Assembly: GCF_001194135.2 (NCBI RefSeq) | Contig: NC_068983.1 | Coordinates: 91,857,579-91,921,578, forward strand | Origin: Octopus bimaculoides | Taxonomy: Eukaryota | Direction: 5' to 3' | Length of the DNA: 64,000 nt | In this document: positions 50,601-63,399 of the stretch, piece by piece | Numbering within the stretch: position 1 is the stretch's first letter | Layout: each line of letters begins with the position of its first letter | Notes under the pieces: model-generated | The model's input: only the letters and a program-made list of their open reading frames with translations | Databases searched by the model: none | Told to the model about the DNA's origin: nothing | Program-made: the position numbers and the translations under genes

Positions 50601-51960
50601 TCAACAGCATAAACAATAATATTAACTTTACCATGGAATACAGTAAAACTCAACTACCATTCCTGGATATATTAATAATCAAAAGAGATAAAAACATTGA
50701 AAAAGATATTCACTACAAACAAACAGATTCTAAACAATACTTACTGTATCTCCTCATGCTGTCCCCAAAACACAAACAATAATATTACCTTTAATCTAGC
50801 AATCATTTTAAACCTTGAAATTCACATAAAAGAACTAAAAGAAACACTATTTAAAAAACAATATCCATTAACATTAATAGACAATGGAATAGATCATATC
50901 AAAGCAATAAATATCCAAGAACTACGAAAAACACTCCAGATACATCGAATACTGTACCCTTTATAACAACACACAACCCAAGAAACATGGAGGTTTACAA
51001 TATTATCCACCAGAACATCCCACTACTAAAATAAGACCCAAGAATGAAACAAGCATTCGAAATACACAACATAACATGAAAGACAATCAAAGTCCCACAA
51101 GAAATTCTTCACAAGTGCTAAATTACCTTCTACAATTCCTACACCAATAGTCAAAAAGTGTGGCTGCCCCAATTGTGGGACCTACATCAACCTTATTGAA
51201 GACACAACATGCAAATTCAAATCAGGACAGATTTTTACTGTAAAAAATCACTTTATATGTTCTTCAAGGAATTTAATATATGCTATCAAATGTGAAAGAT
51301 GTAATGAAGATTACACTGGTCAAACAAAGCTAACTCTAAGAAATAGACTGACCATTCACCGACAACAAATTACGAGACCCCAGTACTAGACAGATTCCAC
51401 TGAGTGCAAAAAATAAGTCCCCCAAGTTCCAGGTCTTCCCACTGTACCTATGTTCAGCGAATACCACAGATGAAGCATAGATAAACAAAGAAAAAACTTT
51501 CATACAAAAGTACAAATCAAGACTTAGCAAACTTTAACAGAATACATACACAAATAACTAGTCACACAAAACTCATTCTGCCACTTATCATGAGGAAGCT
51601 ACACAGCTAATAACCTAGACTTTAGCCACTGCACTACATACAAACGACTTCTGTCCACTCTCCCACCAGACAGATTAAATTTGGAGTGCCTTGATTATAA
51701 CTAGTATCAAGTCACTTGATACTAACACATGGACGTAGCAGGGAACCTACAAAAATTTCTAAGACCAGTCATGTGACTATCCTCTATCAATCAGATCCTA
51801 TTCAAAACATATACTGATTTGAGCCATAAACTCCCTATAGGGCAAGCTTCAAACGCTGGTCAGAAGCAAGACGGCTGCGACATAAACCATGTCTTTCTAT
51901 TTGAACATTTTGAAAATCAGTGTAAACTGTGAAACTTGTTAAAGCTTTAAATATATTAAT
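50600..51960 (+). mobile_element. Penelope-like element, RT C-terminus, GIY-YIG and 3' region
   Basis: LPFLDILI, HYKQTDSKQYL, YAIKCERCNEDY.GQT and LRNRLTIHRQQI. Confidence 0.8.
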
Positions 51961-52729
51961 AAAAAAATATTTTAATTATTCTCAGTGCATTTTCAACTTC
52001 TATTTTTCCTATATATAATATATATATATATGACTAACTTAAAAGCCGCCTTATCAGGCGACTTTTAAGCTAGTATGTAGCTTTAAAGCAAATAACCCTA
52101 AATGGGAAGATATGCAAACAGATCTTGGACTTGTTTTGGAGAATTTTTTGCAATTGCTTTCTCCAGAGTCCTATCTCAATGATGATCATATTTGTCGCTA
52201 AAAATTATGTCAAAAAAAATTCCCGAAAACAATCGCAGTAATGAAAACATAGGAATCCAAAACTTCAGTATTGCAGGTTCAGATTCGGCCTGGAATGTTT
52301 TTAATTTACTCACAGAGTCAGCCCGATTCCAAATTGGTATGATATGTTGGGCCTACAGCCTCTAGGAGTAAAGTTTAAAAAGTGTGACACACTGATATTA
52401 ACATTTATTATGAGATATGTTTAATTTTGGGGGAAACTGTATTTCGATTAAAGTGTATTTTTTATGTGTGTGTGTGTGTGTGTGTATGTACAGACACACA
52501 CAAACACACATATATTTATATATGCAGTCAAATTCTCATTTAACAAAAACCACACAAAGGCTAAGAAATCATTTACATTAAATGAATTTAATGAAAATTT
52601 TAAAATATAGTACAGAATAATGTATTGCTTGTTGAAATACCACACATTTATTTCTTTGACTTAAACTATAGTTATAGTTTTAAAAGGAATATGATAAAAA
52701 ATTTAATAATTTTTTTCTAAAAAAATCAG

Positions 52730-53359
52730 TTATCTTGATTGACTTTTTTTTTTCATTTCGAATAAAATTCTCAAGACAGCAACTTGTTTCACCTCTTTTC
52801 CATTTTCCTGTAAGAAAAATTTTAGCTGTTCAAGATGATAAACTGCATTGGAAAAACCGATTTTTTCACTTTCCTTTGTTTGATTTTCTGATTCATCAAA
52901 AATTTCGAGCTCGTTATTGATAACAATGTTCTCTATGAAAATTTCATCATGTAGATTATTGTCAACGTAGACGAGTAGATTTAAATTATCACAGAATGCT
53001 ATTTCTTCTTCATCAATTTCGATTGAATTTTCCCTAACATCCATGTTTCTGGCTGGCATTTCAGTACTTTTATTTGTTCCTTCCCAATTTTTGAAGGCAT
53101 GATTAAAGCAATTTTTTATTGTAATGACCGAAACGGGAAGAGGATTGAATAACTTGAATTTCTTAATCTGATCAATGAAATTGATATCTTCCTCATTTAT
53201 CATACTTAAATTCCTTAAGAAAATCTTTTGATCAATAGGCTGTATTTTTGAAGTGCAATTCACCTGCAAATAATGTAGTTCTATATTGCTCAAATTGATA
53301 TCAATGTAATGAATGGCGGCATTGTCGAGCAAAATAAGTATTTTCCTATAATCTGTCAC
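52730..53359 (-). pseudogene. pogo/Tigger (DDE_1, CENP-B-like) transposase fragment
   Basis: KILILLDNAAIH...LQVNCTSKIQPIDQ. Confidence 0.75.
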
Positions 53360-53469
53360 ATATAGTATATATACCTGGATTGAGTAACTATAAAAGGAAA
53401 CACCACTGCAAGATCTTATGGTTCGCTCCTCACTTCTCCCTAATCATCCAGACATGCGTAGGTAAGAAG

Positions 53470-54913
53470 GGTTAATAAAGACATAAGGAAGATATCTAAT
53501 TTCTCTTTATGGCATAACACAATCGAGGTGTTACATTGGTTTGAGACCAAACAAAACACTTTTAGAGCTAAGTTCATACAATTCAATATAGCAGACTTTT
53601 ATCCATCAATATTAAAAATGTTACTTGATAGGGTGTTAGTATATGCTAGACGAATTACCAACATAAGTGATAGAGAAATAGATATAATTATGCACGCTAG
53701 GAAAACCCTACTATTCAACCTAGTTCAAATGAACTGACCCTGAAGGCTCATTCAACATCGCTGATATTTGCGACCTTATAGGGTTTTACATTCTGGACAC
53801 CCTAGGTAATAAATTACCCTCTGTCCACTTCGGCTTATATAGAGATGATGCCTTAAACATCTCCAGAGGCGCTAATGGCCATACTTTAAATAGGGTTAGA
53901 AAAGACATCATGCACACCCTAAGCGACCTCGGCCTTAAAATCACCATTGAAACTAATCTCACCATGGTGAACTTCTTGGATGTCACGCTTGATCTTGGTA
54001 GTGGTAGCTACAGACCATACCGTAAACTGAACGATAGGTTATCGTACATTAATACAGCCTCCTGCCCCCCCCCCATAGTGTTCAAAAATCTAATAAAAGG
54101 TATTAGTAAACAGATTTCGATCTTATCTTCAAATAAAGATATTTTTGACGCAGCAGTCCCCACATACAGTGAAGTGCTAGCGGCCAGCAGGTTCTAAGAG
54201 AATATAGTATATATACCTGGATTGAGTAACTATAAAAGGAAACACCACTGCAAGATCTTATGGTTCGCTCCTCACTTCTCCCTAATCATCCAGACATGCG
54301 TAGGTAAGATTTCTTTTAGGCTGGTTGATAAGCATTTCATGCAATCACGCAAATATAGAAAGATCTTTAACAGACATAATTTAAGAATCTTTTTTCAGTT
54401 GTGCACCCAATGTTAAGAAAAAATTACTTAGCACTCCTAAACCACAGACAGAGGCAGGTTGTTCATGCAGGATTAGGAATGAATGCCCAGGGGGCAGCCA
54501 ATGTAATACCGAGGCTACAGTGTAGCCTCAAACAGAAGCAGCACAAATATCATAACATCAGTGCCAACACAGGGACACAAACTAAAATTTATGTCGGATC
54601 TTGTGAATCCAGATTTGAAATTCACCTGAACAACCACAGATCTTCTTTCAGGGTCCTGGAGAGACGCAACACAACAACACTCACAGAATATGTATGGCTC
54701 CTAAAGGACGATCATATACCCTTTAACATCAGGTGGAAATTACTAGAAACTTGTGGACCCTATTGTAATGGAACAAGATTGTGGAAATCGTGTCTGGCAG
54801 AAAGATATATAATCCTCATGAATTCACATGAGACAAGAGGCTACCTGAATTCCAGGACAGAAGCCGTGGGGAGTTGTCCACATTTTCGGAAATTTTTTTA
54901 CTTCAAAATTGGA
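53470..54913 (+). mobile_element. Penelope-like element (RT plus GIY-YIG), decayed
   Basis: FIQFNIADFYPSI, GLYRDD, VNFLDVTLDL, IYVGSCESRFEIHLNNHRSSF and YLNSRTE. Confidence 0.85.
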
Positions 54914-55149
54914 NNNNNNNNNNTAGCTATCAAACAAAGAAAGACAACTCGCTTGGCCATAGTTTTTTAAGAGGAATATTTCTTGAACTATCACCGGCAT
55001 TCTTGTGTTTAAAAAAAACATTCTTTGCAGAGAACAGTTATTGTTTAGAAAAACTGAAGAGAATGAACCCAATGGTTTTTTTCTAAACTTACGTTACACA
55101 TACAAAAATACAATACATATATATATAATATGTATATATATAATATATA

Positions 55150-55330
55150 TGGGAGAATTTACGAAAAAAAACAACAGACAAAGACAGGTGGTGTAAACAA
55201 CAAATGGATGTATTAGTTTAATGCTTGGGAGTAGAGAAAGTCTTTGACGTTTTGAGCTACGCTCTTCAACTGAAAGGAACACAGAAAGAAATAAGGAGAG
55301 AAACAAGGAGAAAAAAATATAAATATATAT
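55150..55330 (-). repeat. Solo Penelope terminal motif
   Basis: Reverse complement of the 4530-4680 and 9100-9250 terminal sequence. Confidence 0.7.
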
Positions 55331-55386
55331 ATACATACATATACATATATATAATATATATATATATATACATATGATATATATGT

Positions 55387-55725
55387 GAAGGCACATGGCT
55401 CAGTGGTTAGAGTATCGAGCTTACAATCATGAGGTTGTGAGTTCAAATCCTGGACCGGTCTGCATGTTGTGTTCTTGAGCAAGACACTTAATTTCACATT
55501 GCTCCAGTTCACACAGCTGTAGAAATGAGTTGCGACGTCACAGGTACCAAGCTGCATTGGCCTTTGCCTTTCCCTTGGATAATACTGGTGGTGTGGAGCG
55601 GGGAGACCAGTATGCATGGGCAACTGCTGGTCTTCCATAAACAACCTTGCCCGGACTTGTACCTCAGAGGGTAACTTTCTAGGTGCAATCCCATGGTCAG
55701 TCATGACTGAAGGGGGTCTCAGCAT
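55387..55725 (+). mobile_element. tRNA-derived SINE, near full length
   Basis: A box TGGCTCAGTGG (55396-55406), B box GTTCAAATCC (55441-55450), and a CORE/V-like TGTTCTTGAGCAAGACACTTAA. Confidence 0.85.
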
Positions 55726-55734
55726 GCTATATAT

Positions 55735-58700
55735 ATATTGTCAAAATGATGTGGACGCCTCTGATGAGAGCCCAATGACATTCGAAAATCGATTAAGATT
55801 GTTCATCCGGAGTTTACACTTTCCTATGCTCTCATAGGATCCCATATCAGCACTCTTGATGCCATCTTTGATAATAAACACAGCAAAGATGACAAGGATG
55901 GAGGCACGAATGCAGATGAAAGCTGTCACCCCCCACTTGGTAGACACTCAAGAAAACAAAGAAGATTCAAGCGAGAAACCTGCCTGGAAAGTAAACCCAA
56001 GTGAAAGTACCCCTACCACCATCAAAACGAAAAACCATGGAGGTGAAAAGGCCAAGAAAGAAGAATTAAAAGCAGGAAAAACTAAAACTAAAACAAAAGA
56101 TGAAACAGCTAAAGAAAGAAGCAAACCTAACTACTCATATAACAAAAAGGATAGAAAGAGACAGCACACACGAATATGCAAATTCTACTTGAAAGGTGTC
56201 TGCTGGCATGGAGAGGAAGGTGCAGGCTGCCGTTTTGCACACCAAAGACCCCGCCACATAAACATGAAACAGGGCAGAAACCACCTGCCAAAAGGAAAGG
56301 ACTACGCACCGCCTGCCCCAAAACGGAGGTACGCAGTTGTAGTGCGTGCTACAAACCAGACCTATCAACAACATGTTGTCGAAAGGGCAGAGGCTGAACA
56401 ACAATCTTTTTTGTGCATGGCACAAAAGATGGTACAGCAACTGACCTGGCTACAATCTCACAGATGGGACTATTCCCAATACACAAGACCACCATAGCAA
56501 ATAGACCCAAGGTGGGCACCACTGGCAACAACACACACATCACATCCATACTCTTACTGAACATCAGAGGACTGTAATCACTTAGTAACAGGACAAAAAT
56601 CCCTTTCTTGAGAGACCTTGTTGCTTGCAATCAAGCCTTATGCATAGCACTTATGGAAACACACCTGAAACCAGATATAGGAAATGCAGAAATACACATA
56701 CCACAGTATGTTGTATTACGGACCGACAGAAAAAGGAGTCATGGTGGAGTTGCTATGTACATCCGCGAAGACCTCACACCCCAGGTTCTTTTGTCACACT
56801 CAAATTCAGTATGTGACACACTAATTGTACATATAAGACAACTCAATGTAGTTATATGTGCTACATATTGCCCTCCAGATGCTCCAAATCATGTAGGCAA
56901 GTTTGAAGACTGCCTTACAAAATAGAAGAAGTTCTAGTCACATTAGAACAACACATAAATGTACTTCTTATGGGAGACTTCAATCTGCCCAATGTCAGAT
57001 GGCCTGAAGGCCTTTCTCTCCCAGGAATGACGCAATACGAACAAGGACAGGTGAATTCCCTCGCCAACACTTTGTACACGGAACAAATAGTACTCCAACC
57101 AACCAGGGCAGGTAACATACTGGATCTCTGCTTCACAAATAATATGGATCTCATCCATAATGTGAAAGTGACACCGACGCTACTCTCGGATCACAACATG
57201 GTGGAGCTGACCATATACGGACCAAAGGAAACCATGGACATGCAGCCTACAAGAAACTCTCAGAATCTTTCCAATTTGAACTTCCATAAGGCAAACTGGA
57301 AACAAATTGAGAAAGAGATCCTCAAACAAAACTGGCCTAAATGTTTCTCCTCACCGGACATCGACATGAAACTTAAACAATTCATGTCTTTCTCGGAGAG
57401 AAAGGCCACTGTACATAAGAACAAAATCCCCAGGGAGAGGAAAATTCTTATGAGACGGCGTACAAAAGTTTCAAATCGCCTAAACAAACAAATTGAAAGC
57501 AGTGAAAAGTCCCGCCTGAAAATACAACTGCTGGAGATTGAAAAAAATCTGCAACTCTCCCACGAAAAAGATAGAGCAGACAAAGAAGCCTGGGCTATAG
57601 ACAATATAAAAATCTAACCCCAGAGTTTTCTACAAGTTTGCCAAAGAAACAGCTTCAGTGCACTGCAGGATAGGGCCACTCCTTGAAAAAGATGGTGCAC
57701 TAACAGGAAACCCAAAGAGGATAAGTGAAATACTAAATGAGCAATTCAAAAGTATTTTCACTCCACCCCTAGGGTACTTTCAAGTCAGCAATCCAACTGA
57801 CTTTTTTACCACTGCAGATATAAAAACAGAGGCAATGATGATCGATTACATCGATATAAAGGAAGACGATGTAATAAGGGCTATAGATGAATTGAACCCA
57901 AACNNNNNNNNNNNNNNNNNNNNNNNNNNNNNNNNNNNNNNNNNNNNNNNNNNNNNNNNNNNNNNNNNNNNNNNNNNNNNNNNNNNNNNNNNNNNNNNNN
58001 NNNNNNNNNNNNNNNNNNNNNNNNNNNNNNNNNNNNNNNNNNNNNNNNNNNNNNNNNNNNNNNNNNNNNNNNNNNNNNNNNNNNNNNNNNNNNNNNNNNN
58101 NNNNNNNNNNNNNNNNNNNNNNNNNNNNNNNNNNNNNNNNNNNNNNNNNNNNNNNNNNNNNNNNNNNNNNNNNNNNNNNNNNNNNNNNNNNNNNNNNNNN
58201 NNNNNNNNNNNNNNNNNNNNNNNNNNNNNNNNNNNNNNNNNNNNNNNNNNNNNNNNNNNNNNNNNNNNNNNNNNNNNNNNNNNNNNNNNNNNNNNNNNNN
58301 NNNNNNNNNNNNNNNNNNNNNNNNNNNNNNNNNNNNNNNNNNNNNNNNNNNNNNNNNNNNNNNNNNNNNNNNNNNNNNNNNNNNNNNNNNNNNNNNNNNN
58401 NNNNNNNNNNNNNNNNNNNNNNNNNNNNNNNNNNNNNNNNNNNNNNNNNNNNNNNNNNNNNNNNNNNNNNNNNNNNNNNNNNNNNNNNNNNNNNNNNNNN
58501 NNNNNNNNNNNNNNNNNNNNNNNNNNNNNNNNNNNNNNNNNNNNNNNNNNNNNNNNNNNNNNNNNNNNNNNNNNNNNNNNNGCGTAGATGAGAAAGATAT
58601 GCCATAATATACATCTGGAAGATCCTCGAAGGAATTGTCCCAAACTTTGGCATCGAAAGTTACACAAATAAAAGAACTGGTCGCCATTGCATAGTGCCAA

Positions 58701-59049
58701 GGACTCCAAATTAGCCATCAAGATGTAGGACAAGATACTGCAATAGCCTGGGCTTCAGAGGTCCACAGCTCTTCAATATCCCCCCGAAGGACCTGAGAGA
58801 CCTGAATGCGGTGGATGTAGGTGTCTTCAAGATGAGGCTGGACCTCTTCCTATCAGGTGTCCCAAATGAACCAACTTCACGGCAGGAGGTGCAGATGAGA
58901 GCAGTTGCATCAAACTCTCTTATGCACCAAATGTCAATTACTGAAGTGAAATTCGTGAAGTAAAATTGTGTAGCAACACCAAATGGCTGTGCCCCAGCAT
59001 GGCCACAGCTCATGAGCTGAAACTAGATAAAATGAAAAAAATGAAAAAA

Positions 59050-59050
<1 letters not shown>
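55735..59050 (+). mobile_element. Near full-length APE-type LINE (CR1/Proto2-like; clade unresolved) with ORF1 and disrupted ORF2
   Basis: ORF1 55856-56497 has a CCCH finger. The APE has IALMETHL, HGGVAMYIRE, MGDFNLP and LDLCFTN. The C-terminal part reads RRERYAIIYIWKILEG...GPQLFN. It ends in an A-rich tail and sits in a (TA)n tract; most of the RT is in the N gap. Confidence 0.85.
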
Positions 59051-59081
<31 letters not shown>

Positions 59082-59279
59082 TTAAATGAGAGTTTTGACA
59101 CTAATATCCATTATTATTGAAGTTTATTACCTATGTCAACATTTCTGTATAAGGTTATATTTAACTGTCAATTCCAGATAAATAAGTAAATTACCTTACA
59201 CATCCTCAGAGTAAAATGTAAAAAGTAAACACCAAAAATATAATCTCTAAGTCTTGTTCATATTCAAATTCCTCCTTAA

Positions 59280-60361
59280 CCCTTTTGTTACTATATTTCT
59301 GACCAAAATACACCCCTCATGAGTTTCAATTAAATTCTAAAATAATCATGAATTTAGATTAGTCTCATTAAACACCTGTAACTTTTTTATTTATCAACAT
59401 ATTAATGTGATATTTGGAACATAATTGAAGAAAGGGTTCTTAATCAATTCTATTGCATAACTTTTGTCTCAAAGTTCTCCACGTACTGGGGTACTGCTAG
59501 TGTCTCTCACATGTAAATATTGGTTCAGCTTCAGGAATCGTACTTGCGTCATAATACTGGAAACATATTCNNNNNNNNNNNNNNNNNNNNNNNNNNNNNN
59601 NNNNNNNNNNNNNNNNNNNNNNNNNNNNNNNNNNNNNNNNNNNNNNNNNNNNNNNNNNNNNNNNNNNNNNNNNNNNNNNNNNNNNNNNNNNNNNNNNNNN
59701 NNNNNNNNNNNNNNNNNNNNNNNNNNNNNNNNNNNNNNNNNNNNNNNNNNNNNNNNNNNNNNNNNNNNNNNNNNNNNNNNNNNNNNNNNNNNNNNNNNNN
59801 NNNNNNNNNNNNNNNNNNNNNNNNNNNNNNNNNNNNNNNNNNNNNNNNNNNNNNNNNNNNNNNAAGGTTTCGCTTCCTGAGAAAGACAATGGGTAGACCC
59901 TGTCTCCTCAGAAAAATTGTTAATGAAAATATTTTTTAAATCTTTACTAGATTCTGGTGTAAAATCATCCTCGCTGTCGCTGCTTTCAGTTTCGGATACA
60001 GAAATATCCGATTCATTATTTTCTTCGATATCTCCATATCTTCTGTTGAAAAACCTTTAAATTTGGAATCACTGCTTGATAGCATGAAATTCCTCTCCAT
60101 CTTCAAAGTTGAAAAAAATTAACGCCGCAAAAAATGTGGAAAAAAAATCTTCCAAAATTCACTGAGTTCAAATATCACGCCAAACAATGTTGGATACAAT
60201 AACTCAACTGTTTGCAAAGTGAAATCACATGTTTTAATGACTGTACTAACGAGATTTGGGTCCAAATATACATTTAAATAACAATGGCTACTCTCGGCCG
60301 GCTACGTCTTATGAGCCAAAAAATTTTTCGGCCAGCTACGGCTGGGTTAGTAACGAAAGGG
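59280..60361 (-). mobile_element. piggyBac-like element, internally deleted
   Basis: TTAA|CCCTTTTGTTACTA ... TAGTAACGAAAGGG|TTCA. The minus strand encodes an acidic N-terminus (SDSKFKGF...ESDISVSETESSDSEDDF). Confidence 0.7.
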
Positions 60362-60630
60362 TTCAATAAATTCCTCCTTAAATAAAGGTCCGTCTAAGGG
60401 AGAAAACCCTCATAATATTATTAATTATAAACATTCAAGTATTACAAATTATTGATTCCTGGTAATAAATTCTAAACCGATGGAAATCTATATTATATTA
60501 TCTCTAGAAACTTTAGCAAATATACAAATACAATTTTAATATTATTGTTATTGGTAAATTATACATTAATATACCCTGCCTTTAAACCTAATATTATACT
60601 ATAATACCCGATCATACTGAAATTTATAAT

Positions 60631-61020
60631 TTATTTAAACCAGTAAAATGTATGTCTAAGATAATGGCCACATCTGTAAGCATTGTATGTTAGTTTATTT
60701 ATTAACTTACCCTTAGAGAATAATATAAAATATAATTCTAGATTACACAGTGAGCAATATCTCTTACCTTTGTCATAAGGGAAAGATTTCCCAATAATTG
60801 ACCATTCTAACGAATATTGCTTTTTTTGTTCCTTCAGTTCCCAAATGAATTTACTAAGACTAGTACTCCCTATTCTTCCACAGATTTGTCCCAAAGAACA
60901 CCCCACGTATAGGCTAACATCTGTCTGAGTCTTTACCTTACATTGATAAACTACATTCCTCATTCTCACATTTGGGCCTTCAAGCTTCAATCTTCTGGGG
61001 TTAACCTCTGTTACTGTAAT
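60631..61020 (-). pseudogene. Penelope GIY-YIG endonuclease 3' fragment
   Basis: NVVYQCKV...LYVG...STSLSKFIWELK...LEWSII...CSLCNLELYFI...LINK. Confidence 0.8.
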
Positions 61021-61029
61021 CATAGTATG

Positions 61030-61064
<35 letters not shown>

Positions 61065-61074
61065 TATTATTTAT

Positions 61075-62160
61075 ATCAGGAAATGCCATTATGAAAGACT
61101 GCTGAATGTAGAGAATGAGTGGGAGGAGGAGAGTCTGCCAAATGTTGACCCAACTGAAGAAGTAGCTACCCGAATCAACTGTTCCAGGATATGAAGACGG
61201 GAAAAGCCCCCAGCCCATCAGGAATCTCTGCTGAGATGCTTAAAATATCTGGCAGTGTAGTTTATGGTCTAGTCACCCATACTGTAAATCAAGTGGTTCA
61301 CAAAGGAGTCATACCCAATGACTGATGGAGCATCACCATAGTTCACCAAGGACTGGTGCTCAGCCCCCTCTTGTTCATCATAGTTCTCCAGGCAATAACA
61401 GAAGAATTCAAGACAGGCTGCCTCTATGTTGATGACCTTGCTCTTATAGTTGAATCACTACTTGAACTAGAGTAGAAGTTCCAGGTATGGAAGCAAGGTC
61501 TAGAATCAAAGGGCCTTAGAATTAACCTAGCAAAAACCAAAGTCTTAGTAAGTAGGAAGGCAGACAAATCACAAATCCCTTCAGAGAGATGGCCCTGCTC
61601 AATCTGTAGAAAAGGTGTAGGTAGAAACTCCATAAGATGTACCCTGACATGATATATAACTATTGTATTTTAATTAAAACCATATGATGCCTATTAAGCT
61701 CAACTTTTCTCTTCAGAGAGAAGTTAGGCATAAGAGGCATCAGATGTAGTGTGCAAGAGAGACAACTGTGCTGGTATGGGCATATGAAACATATAGACAA
61801 TGATAGCTGTGTAAAGAAGTGCTGATCTCTAACTCTGGAGGTAATCTGTGGTAGAGGTAGACTCAGGAAGACATGAGATGAGGTGACGAAGCATGATCTT
61901 CGAATGTTGAGCCTCACAGAGGCAATGATTAGTGACCTTTGGCAATATGTTGTACTTGAGAAGACCCGTCAAACCAAGTGAAACCAGTGGCACATAAAAG
62001 CATCCATTACACTCTTGGAGTGGTTGGTGTTAGGAAGGGCATCCAACTGTAGAAACCATACCAAATCAGACTGGGTTCTGGTGCAGTCCCTCAGCTTACC
62101 AGCCCTGGTCAAACTAACCAACCCATGCCAGCATGAACAACAGATGTTAAATGATGATAA
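61075..62160 (+). mobile_element. RTE LINE, internally deleted
   Basis: HYERLLNVENEWEEESLP, with the shared RTE 3' UTR and GAT tail. Confidence 0.85.
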
Positions 62161-62309
62161 TAATAAGAAAGTTCATATCCAGAACTTTTAAATGATATAT
62201 AAATTTTCATGGAAAATGTTTATTTTGACATGAAAATAATGAAGCAAAAAGTGTGTTTTGCATGTTCAAACTGTGCTTGTCTCTTTTGTATGGTGTCCTA
62301 TATTGATAC

Positions 62310-62790
62310 TTACTTTAAGACCATTTGATTCCAGGTTCTGTTTTCACACCTGGAATTTCTTTACTAATCCTGTAACAGATTCTGGAGGACAATGATAAAT
62401 ATGAGAGAGCTGATGACCGACCTTTGGTGAACACATACCTGTACACTAATTTCATCACTGTACTCATGGTCAACTCTTACCTTATGAACAGCACCCCTGT
62501 ACATTGCCTGTACTGCTTTCACAAGCAATTTGTCTATCCCTAGTTTCCTTAGAGACCACCATATCACAGAGAGGTTTTCTTGATCAAGAAGGGTTTCTCT
62601 TGAGCAACAAATGTCAACGGCATGTTCTTAGCTAAATACTTCTCTTGCAGTTGTCTGACTATGAAAATAGCATCCATGGTGCTTCTCCTTGGGACAAAGC
62701 TGAACTGCATTTCATCTAGCCTAATTTTGTTTTTCATTAATTAGGCAGTAACTCTCTCCACAACTTTCATCTCCTGGTTCAGCAATTTGA
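62310..62790 (-). mobile_element. RTE RT fragment
   Basis: IWWSLRKLGIDK.LVKAVQAMY...VHQRSVISSLIFII. Confidence 0.8.
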
Positions 62791-62834
62791 TGCTGCCATA
62801 ATTACTCAAATATATGTATGTGTGTGTGTTTGTC

Positions 62835-63017
62835 CTTACCATTGTATGACAGCTGGTGTTGGTTTGTGTATGTACCTGTAACTTAGCAGTTTGGTGAAAG
62901 AGATTGATAGAATAAATACCAGATTAAAAAAATAAGTACTAGGGTTGATTTGTTTGACTAAACCCTTCAAACCAATGCCCCAGCATAGCCAGTCCAATGA
63001 CTAGAACAAGTAAAAGG
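62835..63017 (+). mobile_element. SINE 3' half
   Basis: Homologous to 24410-24597. Confidence 0.6.
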
Positions 63018-63399
63018 TATTAATGAATGATAGCTTTGAATAGTGAAGATTTTTCTGACAATATTAAGTGAAGATTCAGTTTGAGGCAAAGTGGTGGGGG
63101 CTGTCATTGGCAGATATGAGGGGGTGAAAGGGAAAATGAAAGTTCAGTAGAAAATAAAGAGGTAAGAGATAATACTGAGAATATGGGTGACAAATGGAAG
63201 TGGTTTCAAGGAGAGTGATTAGTAGCACAAAAGGTGGGTGGAGAAAATATGTGCAGTTCTGCTCTTATAAAATTACATCAGCTGAATGAATAGTGGTATA
63301 GTCAGAAGAGTGATGGAGGGATGGGTGGTAGAAAATGTGGAAGTTAACACGAACAGATTGGGTGCAGTGGAATAGGCATAAATGTCTTCTTGAGAACAG

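Noticed and set aside
55396-55460. tRNA-like sequence with A and B boxes
   Set aside because: It continues into a SINE body, so it is not a tRNA gene.
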